From a virus: a DNA stretch of 64,000 bases. Shown piece by piece: positions 28,837 to 36,804 of the stretch (its first letter is position 1; each line of letters begins with the position of its first letter). The stretch covers positions 50,085-114,084 of the IMG/VR virus record IMGVR_UViG_3300025101_002824; one strand, 5' to 3'. The position numbers and the translations under genes are program-made. The notes beneath the pieces are model-generated. The model was not told the DNA's origin, ran no database searches, and was given only the letters and a program-made list of their open reading frames with translations.

Positions 28837-30377
28837 TGAAATATAGCAAGGACGGATATAAAAGAAATAGCAAGGATAAGAATAATCCTTATAATATAAT
28901 ACCATCAGGTAATATAACTATGGAGGATGTAGATTTTCCTGTACTTGGTATGGATAACTTAGGTAATAGTAAAGTTATGATGCCAGGTGCTAATTATACA
29001 TTTCCTGGCAATTCTGTTTTTGAAATACCAATGTTTTCTAATGGTGGACCTAAAAAAAATAAATATGGTCTTACATATAATCTTTTAAAAAGTTATATTG
29101 ATAGAGGAAAATTAAATTATGGTCTTATAAAACAACATCCTAGATTACTTATTCCTAGTACTATAAGAAATCAATATGATTTATATAAGTATATGAATAC
29201 TGCAGATATGCGTGGTATTACTGGTAGAAATCTTATAGACAATGTTACAATACCTATTCAAAAAGGCAGTAGTTTAATTCAGCATAGAGGTTTAAAAAAT
29301 TCTTCTGAAATAGATGAATCTATGGAAAAGATATTAGCAGATTATACAATTAATTCTGCTCCTTTTAAATTTAGTTCATTTGATGGAAAATCAGGATATG
29401 TGCCTCAAGGTGGTTTTCCAATGGTAAATACAGGAGATACTAGACCTTTTTTTATACAAGATGATTCATATGCAAAACTATTAGATGACTATTTAAAAAA
29501 TAATAATATTAGTTGGAAAAGTTTAGATAGAGATAAACCTATAGAATTAAATAGAGCATTTGGAACATTTGATGTTACAAGTTCTTCTGGCGGAAGTTTA
29601 CAAGATTATATAGATAGATTAAAATCAGGAGAAGTTTTTAGTTTAGGAGATATAACATCTTGGTCAATTGGTAAACCTTTACCACAATTTGGTAGTCAGA
29701 GATTTTTAATTAAAAATTTTCCAACTAATAGAAATGCGTTTGTAAATAGACCTGATTTAAATAAATTTTTAACTAGAAATCAAAAACAATCATTTGTTGA
29801 AACAGAATTATTATTACCAAGTGATACAAAATTTAAAGTAACTAATTTAATTAAAAAGTCACCAAGACAGCCTCTTGAATATAAAAAAGATAGCAAAGGT
29901 TTAATTTATGATCCAGTACCACAATGGGGAACAGATATTGAATTAGAAGTACAAAAAAAAGGTGGTGAAAAAAAATCTAAATATGTTAAATCTCCTTTTA
30001 CAAAAGGAAAATTATCTTTAGCAAATACAGATGGTTTAATAAATAAAATGATTAATCAGGGTATTTTTAAATCTGAATTTGCAATGGGAGGACAGTTAAA
30101 ATTAAATAATGGATATACAGTAAAAAAACATTTTGATAAATTAAAAGACATACCTTATATATCATATACAAAACAACCTGATATAGAAGGAAGAGTATAC
30201 TATGATTCAGATAGCACAGATGTTTTAGATGATTTTAACATTATAGATGTTGAATCAAATTTAATTAAAAAACAAAGAAAACATAAAAGAACTAAAGATA
30301 TAATATTAAAATATAAAAACGGAAATAATCTTACACAAACAGAAAAAGCACATTTAAACTCATTAGGGTTATTGTAG
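28836..30377 (+). CDS. Putative virion cargo protein containing an R-S-E (VIP2/Alt-like) ADP-ribosyltransferase domain
   Basis: 513 aa; LADYT, IELNRAF (R), DITSWS (S-x-S), ETELLLPSDTKFKV (E-x-E plus LLPxxxxFxV) in the canonical order. Confidence 0.7.
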   Translation: MKYSKDGYKRNSKDKNNPYNIIPSGNITMEDVDFPVLGMDNLGNSKVMMPGANYTFPGNSVFEIPMFSNGGPKKNKYGLTYNLLKSYIDRGKLNYGLIKQHPRLLIPSTIRNQYDLYKYMNTADMRGITGRNLIDNVTIPIQKGSSLIQHRGLKNSSEIDESMEKILADYTINSAPFKFSSFDGKSGYVPQGGFPMVNTGDTRPFFIQDDSYAKLLDDYLKNNNISWKSLDRDKPIELNRAFGTFDVTSSSGGSLQDYIDRLKSGEVFSLGDITSWSIGKPLPQFGSQRFLIKNFPTNRNAFVNRPDLNKFLTRNQKQSFVETELLLPSDTKFKVTNLIKKSPRQPLEYKKDSKGLIYDPVPQWGTDIELEVQKKGGEKKSKYVKSPFTKGKLSLANTDGLINKMINQGIFKSEFAMGGQLKLNNGYTVKKHFDKLKDIPYISYTKQPDIEGRVYYDSDSTDVLDDFNIIDVESNLIKKQRKHKRTKDIILKYKNGNNLTQTEKAHLNSLGLL

Positions 30378-30401
30378 TAAAATTAGTTAAATTGCTTTAT
30401 T

Positions 30402-30422
30402 TTTAGTATATTATTAATGTAG
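30402..30422 (+). promoter_or_regulatory. Putative late promoter motif, copy 6
   Basis: tttaGTATATTATTAATGTAg; core identical to the copy at 15234. Confidence 0.7.
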
Positions 30423-30443
30423 AATGGTGTCCATATAACAATT

Positions 30444-33407
30444 ATGAAAAGAAATAAAAAAAATAATCAAAAACAAACTTTTGACGTTTATCCAATGTTA
30501 TCTGATTATCAATATGTTACAGGTATACCTATGATGCAAAATGGATCTGAATTTTTTAGCTATGATGACTACATGACTGATTTAGTATTGGCAAATACTG
30601 GTACAGAAACACCTACACCTTTTATTCCTAAATATAACATAGATAATAATTATACTCAAACAGGTGATATAGAATATGGTATACCAAAGTCAATAAGTAC
30701 AGCTAATCCATTATTAAATCTTGCTAGTAGTTTAACTAAATTTAAAAATCTTGGTACAGATTTTAAAAATGCACTTGGAAATATAAATCCTAGAACAGGT
30801 TTACCTTTTAAAAAATCTGACTTTGCAAGAACTACACTTACTAATACAACAGATGAAAATGTAATATTAGATGGAGAGGGTTTTAAAAATTTATATGATA
30901 AATCAGGAAATATAAATCAAGATGCAAATACTGCTGAAAATTTGTTTATGACTCAAGATGAAGCTAAACAAAAATACTTTAATACATTAGCAAAACAACA
31001 TTCAGAAACATATCTTGATAATGATGGAAATTCATTATTAAGTAAACAAGTAATGAATGATGATGGAACTATTTCTTATGCTGATATTACAAAACCTAAT
31101 CCTAACTATGATCCTTCAAAACCAGAAGGACCTGGTAATGAAAAAACTATAACAGTCCCTTTTACAGATGCTGATAAAACTGCAGGTGATATAGCACAAG
31201 AAAATGTAAAAGATATTAATGTACAAAGTTTGTTATATAACGATGACTTAACTGAAGTTACTAAATTATCAAGAGTAACAAATACAGGTGAAAAAGAAAT
31301 AGCAGATTATGATGCAGATAAAATAGCAACAGAAGGAACATATAATTTTAATGTGCAAGAAAATATTGGTCAAGATCCAATTGATGATAGATATTTAATG
31401 GCTGGAGGAAGTTTTCCAAGAAATAATCTTTCTGCTTTTGTATATGGAGGAGAAGAAATACCTGAAGCACAGTTTGGAAAAAGTAATTTTAGAAACTATA
31501 CATTAAGAGATCCTAATTTTACTATAGGAACTAAAACTATAGCTCCAATAAACAGAATAACAAGAAACTTACCATTTGGTGCTGTTGATAAAGGTGTTCA
31601 ACAAGGATACGGATTTAATGCTAATATACCTCTTGTTTCAAGTCAATTACTTAAAACACCAACTTCACAATTAGTTGGTAATATAAATATAGGCACAAAT
31701 GCATATAGAACACCAGGTAGTGAAAGATATGCTACAAAATATGTAGATTCAGATATGGACATTATGATGGAAAATGCACCTTTACATTTACAAAATGTAC
31801 AATCTGCATATGGTGCATATCAAGATTATTCTGCTCCTTATATGACTAATGTAGGTCAACGTATTGGTATTGGTGGTGATTATACTTATTCACCAAGAGG
31901 GCTTGGTAGAGATCTTGCTATTGATTTAGGTGCTGATCTTGGATTAAATTATAGTAGAGGTGAGCTTGGCTCTGACTTTGCATATGTAGATAAATTTGAA
32001 AATTTTCATGGTTTAGAAAATGATGCAGCTATAAATATTTTTGACTCAGTAACACCTGAAATTGAAGGTAATTTATTTGGAGTTGATGCAGGAGCATACG
32101 CAGGTTTAAGAAATCAAAATACAGGACTTTCAGGAGGTATATATGGTAATTATGGTACAATGAGAACAATAAATCCAGGTATGCGTTTAGGTTTTAAAGG
32201 TAATATACCATTAATTAGAGGAAAGGGTAATATGCGTGGATTTAATATTTCAGCTAGTCCAGATATAAGTTATGATTTTCAATCAAACACACCTAGATAT
32301 GGTTTTGGAATTAGTGCAGGATTTGAAGATGGAGGAGAAAATTTACAAAAATATCAAGGTGATGTAGGTCCAAGTGAAACAAATAAAGAGACATATATAT
32401 TTAATGGTCAACAAGTTACTGAAGAAGAGTTTAATAGATTATCTAAAGAAAGTCAAAATGATTTTAATGAATTTAGAAATAATACTAATTCTGAAAGACA
32501 AAATTTTATGAACCAAACACCATTTACCTCTTCACAAAATAATGAAGGGGTTGGTTCAGGCCCTACTAATCCAGGTGCTACAACTTCTGGACAATCAGTA
32601 AATCCTGTTGTAACTGCTCCTTCTATGAATGAAATTGCTGGTGGTACTCCATTAGATTTAGATTTACCAACTCCAGATTATATGAATCCTCTTGGAATGA
32701 ATCAAGAAATACCAACTAATCCTAATCAAGTTGATACATATGAAGTAAGTACTGAAGGTACACCTGTTGATAATACTGATATACCAGTTGTAGAACCAGA
32801 AGGACCAGCTGCTCCTGTAGAAATGAGTTTTAGTCAACCTGATCTTACTGATGAGCAAAAGGCTAATATGACTGAAGCAGAAATAAAAGCTTATGAAAGA
32901 AAACAAAAATTAGATTCAGCATATAATGAAGGTAATGCATTTATGAATACAGGTTTTGTAGGAACAGCTAAAAGAGTATTTGGAGAAGCTGCTAAAGCTG
33001 CTACAATGGGTGCAGATTCAATAAATTATTTTGCAGGCTATGGTGACATGTTAAAAAATGAATTAGAAACAGATAATGAACAAGATGAAATAGGTGATTT
33101 TGTTAATCCTATTGAAGCTAGTAGAGGTGATAAAGGTGATTATGGTGTAAACTCAGGAGCGTATAGAGTTAATAGTTTAGGTTATGGTGATGGACCTAGA
33201 GGTCAAATTGCACAAATGGGTACAGAAACAAATGGTATGCCTAAGCCAGATTATAGTTCGTTACAACAATTTTTAAATCAAACTATAGTTTCTTATGATC
33301 CTAAATTTTTAATGATGCAGGCAAAAAATGGTGAAGAGATTATAGATGCAGACATGGAACTAATTAAACAACTAATGGCAGCGGGGGCTGACTTTGAAAT
33401 AATGTAG
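30444..33407 (+). CDS. Putative virion cargo protein with central beta-barrel-like module
   Basis: 987 aa between muzzle and vRNAP; several xxGG-type motifs; amphipathic Gly/aromatic strands in the middle. Confidence 0.55.
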   Translation: MKRNKKNNQKQTFDVYPMLSDYQYVTGIPMMQNGSEFFSYDDYMTDLVLANTGTETPTPFIPKYNIDNNYTQTGDIEYGIPKSISTANPLLNLASSLTKFKNLGTDFKNALGNINPRTGLPFKKSDFARTTLTNTTDENVILDGEGFKNLYDKSGNINQDANTAENLFMTQDEAKQKYFNTLAKQHSETYLDNDGNSLLSKQVMNDDGTISYADITKPNPNYDPSKPEGPGNEKTITVPFTDADKTAGDIAQENVKDINVQSLLYNDDLTEVTKLSRVTNTGEKEIADYDADKIATEGTYNFNVQENIGQDPIDDRYLMAGGSFPRNNLSAFVYGGEEIPEAQFGKSNFRNYTLRDPNFTIGTKTIAPINRITRNLPFGAVDKGVQQGYGFNANIPLVSSQLLKTPTSQLVGNINIGTNAYRTPGSERYATKYVDSDMDIMMENAPLHLQNVQSAYGAYQDYSAPYMTNVGQRIGIGGDYTYSPRGLGRDLAIDLGADLGLNYSRGELGSDFAYVDKFENFHGLENDAAINIFDSVTPEIEGNLFGVDAGAYAGLRNQNTGLSGGIYGNYGTMRTINPGMRLGFKGNIPLIRGKGNMRGFNISASPDISYDFQSNTPRYGFGISAGFEDGGENLQKYQGDVGPSETNKETYIFNGQQVTEEEFNRLSKESQNDFNEFRNNTNSERQNFMNQTPFTSSQNNEGVGSGPTNPGATTSGQSVNPVVTAPSMNEIAGGTPLDLDLPTPDYMNPLGMNQEIPTNPNQVDTYEVSTEGTPVDNTDIPVVEPEGPAAPVEMSFSQPDLTDEQKANMTEAEIKAYERKQKLDSAYNEGNAFMNTGFVGTAKRVFGEAAKAATMGADSINYFAGYGDMLKNELETDNEQDEIGDFVNPIEASRGDKGDYGVNSGAYRVNSLGYGDGPRGQIAQMGTETNGMPKPDYSSLQQFLNQTIVSYDPKFLMMQAKNGEEIIDADMELIKQLMAAGADFEIM

Positions 33408-33409
33408 TT

Positions 33410-36400
33410 ATGAAAATTAAACTTAAAAATATCCCGGAAGGGTTTGAATTAAAAAATAACAGGCTTGTAAAAAAAATGGCGGCTGGTGGTACTGTAGGTA
33501 GCACTTTACAACCTGTACCACGTGATGAAGCTAATGTTGAAGCAGAAAAAAATGAAACTGTTTTAACTGATGCTGATCAAGATGGTTTTTATGAATTATA
33601 TAATATAGGAGGTAAAAGACATTCACAAGGTGGAACACCTTTAAATTTACCAGAACAATCTTTTATTTTTTCTGATACAAGAAAAATGAAATTTACAAAA
33701 GAAGAACTAAAAGAACTTGGTGTATCATCATCAAAGAGACTTACCCCTGCTGCAGTCTCTAAAAAATTTCCTATTAATAAATATATGGAAGTTCTTAAAG
33801 ATCCTAGCTCAGACGATATTGCAATTCAAAGTGCTGAGGCTATGATAAAAAAGAATAAAATAAAACTTTCTCAAATTGCTTTTATGCAAGAAAAGAAAAA
33901 AGATTTTGAAGAAGGTTTACCATTAGCTGCATACCCATATCTATTAGAGAATGGTATAGATCCAAAAGAGTTTGAAATGAAGATTGAACAAGCAAAACAA
34001 TCTGAACAACAAATGGCTCAAGGTATGCAAGAAGGAATGCCACCACAAGGACAACCATCACCTCAAGAAATGGAACAAATGGCTATGGCTATGCAGCAGC
34101 AAGGTCAAGGTATGCCTCCTCAAGGTATGATGCCACCTGCTCCACAAGGCATGATGCCACCACAAGAAATGATGCCACCAATGCCTCAAATGGGTATGGC
34201 TATGGGTGGTATGGAATTACGTAATTTTATATATGGTAAAGAAGGTAAAGAAATACCTACTAATAAAGGATTTCAAGCATTACCACCAGCAGCACAAAAA
34301 AATATTATTGACAATATGCAAAAGGGTGGTCAACCATCAATTATACCAGCAGAAATGATGGAGCAGTATAATGCATGGAGAACACAAAATAGATTAAAAG
34401 ACATACCTGAAATACAGATGATGTTTTTAAATACTATGGAAACTGGAGCGCCTATAATGCCTGGTCATTCTGATATGTTTAAGTCTACACCAAATACTAC
34501 AAATAAAATGGCTGTAGGAACATTACCTGGTTGGAAAGAAACATTAAAAGGTTTTATTCCTGATGATTATGATTATGTAGTAGATGATCCAATGCAAGGA
34601 ATGAAAGATTTTATAAATTATATAAGTCCATTTGAAGAAGGTGGATCATATAGTGGACCAAAAGGAGAAGCAGCTTATTTAGCTAGAAAAGATGCTGCTA
34701 TAAAAAAGGCTATGGATAAAGAACAAGATGGTGGAGATCCAAATGCAATGAGTCCTGCTGATCAACAAATGCAAGCATTAATTAATGCACAACAACAGTT
34801 AGCTCAACAAAGACAAATGATCATGATGGCTTATCAGGAAAATCCTGAGCAGTTCTCTAGTCCAGAAGCTCAATCAGGATTAGAAGAAAGACTTATGATT
34901 TTAGATCAAAATCTTGCACAAGTTCAAGCACAATTACAAAAATTATCAGAACAAGAGTTTCTTGCAGAAACAACTATTCCTCTGTCAGAATTTGTAGGAG
35001 AAACTAATATTGCTGCAAAACAAAATATGGGTTATGATTTTTATAATCCTCAATTAATGATGGCTAGAGAAGGAAAAGAGTTACCAGCTTATCAAGAAGG
35101 CAATGGTGAGAATTCTTTTCTTTATGAAGGCACCGATGATATGGGTTATCCAATATCATTAAATCCTTATTTTAGAACATCTCCAACTGGTCAATATATA
35201 AATGGTGAAGAAAATCCTAATTATGATGCAGAATTTGAAAATAAAGTAGATGCAGGTATAGGTGCTCATGAAGGTTATTATAATATTATGAATCAAGATA
35301 ACTTTAAAGGAGTTAGAGATGCATGGATAAAAGCATATAAAGATTTAGATGATCCTGCTAAAATAACAGGTAAGTCTGATAAAGAATTATATAAAGCATT
35401 TAATGATATGAATATATTGTTTAATGCAGCATTTTCATCTGGTGTAAGTTTTAAAGATGGTGATATTACAGCACAATTAAAAAGAAATGCTGAAAAATTA
35501 GGAATGCCTGTTCCTGATGAAGAATCAATTAAAATGTATCAAGGTATGTATAATGCTTTAGCTACTTTAAAAGAAACAGGTACTGATGAACAAAAAGAAT
35601 TACTTCAACAAGTTAATATAAATTATAGTACTAATACTGGAGGTGCTTATGAAATTGTACCAAATAGTGGTAGATTTGTTTCTAAAATTGATGGTAAAAT
35701 TGGTGATAACACAAGTCAACAGTTTGTTTCTGTAACTGATAAACAAGATAATATAGATATAGACTTTGAATGTGATGAAGAAACTAAAAGGCTTAAAATG
35801 CAAGAATGCATGGAGCAAGGTAAAGGTTTTAATGTAAAAGCTTGTGACTGTGAAGAAGAACCAGAAGATACACCTACAGGTGACATCCCACCATATTTAA
35901 CATTTCCAGGAGATGATTTAAAAGTAGGAGCTTTAGCAGCACTTACAATGCAAAGGGATAAAAAGTATGGAAGAAAGCGTAACTATGATCCAATTATGAG
36001 AGATCCTGGTTATGTAGATGATAGAGCTGCAGTAGCTGCACAAACAGCTTTGGCTAATCAAGCTATGGCTGTTTCAAGAGATCCTTCACAGGTTCAAGGT
36101 GCAGCACAAGATCAAATAGATAAAATTCAAGCTAATAGATATGCTACTAATACTAAAATATTTGATAATACTCAAGCTTATAATGTAGCAGAAATAAATA
36201 AATCTAGAGAGTTAAATGATAAATATATGTCTGATTATGTAGACATGGTGAATCTTGTAGATCAAAATTATGACAATGTTAAAGGTCAAGATATGATGAA
36301 TCTTGTTGATGCTGAAGTAACTAGAATGGATAACGCTGATAAATTATATGAACTTAATTTAAGAAATCCAAATTATTACTTTGATCCTCAGCAACATAGA

Positions 36401-36745
36401 ACTATATTTCAAAATCCTGAAGCATTAGAAGCATTTAGAGGTAATCCTAATACACAACCTATAACAGTAGAAGACGCAATTGCATCTTGTAAAAAATCAG
36501 GAGTACCAGAAAGTCAAATAATGCAATGTGTTAAAGTAAAAATGGAATCTGTAAATAATCCAGGAGGTGTTGATTACACAAGAAATGAAATAGCAAATAA
36601 TAATATAGATGCAAATAATCAAAATGATGATAATACAACAACTGGTAGATATGGAGGATCATTTAAATATGGAGGAGCAGTTAGAGAACAAGATTTAATA
36701 AACAGTAGAATTAAATTAAGAAATTGGATAATGGGTAATGAATAA
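33410..36745 (+). CDS. Putative virion cargo/ejection protein
   Basis: 1111 aa; N-terminal NVEAEKNE...GKRHSQGG...FIFSD domain, Met/Pro/Gln-rich linker, many xxGG motifs. Confidence 0.6.
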   Translation: MKIKLKNIPEGFELKNNRLVKKMAAGGTVGSTLQPVPRDEANVEAEKNETVLTDADQDGFYELYNIGGKRHSQGGTPLNLPEQSFIFSDTRKMKFTKEELKELGVSSSKRLTPAAVSKKFPINKYMEVLKDPSSDDIAIQSAEAMIKKNKIKLSQIAFMQEKKKDFEEGLPLAAYPYLLENGIDPKEFEMKIEQAKQSEQQMAQGMQEGMPPQGQPSPQEMEQMAMAMQQQGQGMPPQGMMPPAPQGMMPPQEMMPPMPQMGMAMGGMELRNFIYGKEGKEIPTNKGFQALPPAAQKNIIDNMQKGGQPSIIPAEMMEQYNAWRTQNRLKDIPEIQMMFLNTMETGAPIMPGHSDMFKSTPNTTNKMAVGTLPGWKETLKGFIPDDYDYVVDDPMQGMKDFINYISPFEEGGSYSGPKGEAAYLARKDAAIKKAMDKEQDGGDPNAMSPADQQMQALINAQQQLAQQRQMIMMAYQENPEQFSSPEAQSGLEERLMILDQNLAQVQAQLQKLSEQEFLAETTIPLSEFVGETNIAAKQNMGYDFYNPQLMMAREGKELPAYQEGNGENSFLYEGTDDMGYPISLNPYFRTSPTGQYINGEENPNYDAEFENKVDAGIGAHEGYYNIMNQDNFKGVRDAWIKAYKDLDDPAKITGKSDKELYKAFNDMNILFNAAFSSGVSFKDGDITAQLKRNAEKLGMPVPDEESIKMYQGMYNALATLKETGTDEQKELLQQVNINYSTNTGGAYEIVPNSGRFVSKIDGKIGDNTSQQFVSVTDKQDNIDIDFECDEETKRLKMQECMEQGKGFNVKACDCEEEPEDTPTGDIPPYLTFPGDDLKVGALAALTMQRDKKYGRKRNYDPIMRDPGYVDDRAAVAAQTALANQAMAVSRDPSQVQGAAQDQIDKIQANRYATNTKIFDNTQAYNVAEINKSRELNDKYMSDYVDMVNLVDQNYDNVKGQDMMNLVDAEVTRMDNADKLYELNLRNPNYYFDPQQHRTIFQNPEALEAFRGNPNTQPITVEDAIASCKKSGVPESQIMQCVKVKMESVNNPGGVDYTRNEIANNNIDANNQNDDNTTTGRYGGSFKYGGAVREQDLINSRIKLRNWIMGNE
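34010..34212 (+). repeat. Low-complexity (P)QG(M)MPP-type repeats
   Basis: MAQGMQEGMPPQGQPSPQEMEQMAMAMQQQGQGMPPQGMMPPAPQGMMPPQEMMPPMPQMGMAMGGM. Confidence 0.8.
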
Positions 36746-36792
36746 ACTTTAAGAGTTTAATTTAATACTTATTAAAACTTATAAAATTTTAG

Positions 36793-36800
36793 TATTTTTG
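36793..36800 (+). promoter_or_regulatory. TAnnTTTG-type element 4 nt before ATG
   Basis: ttttagTATTTTTGtaatATG. Confidence 0.4.
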
Positions 36801-36804
36801 TAAT

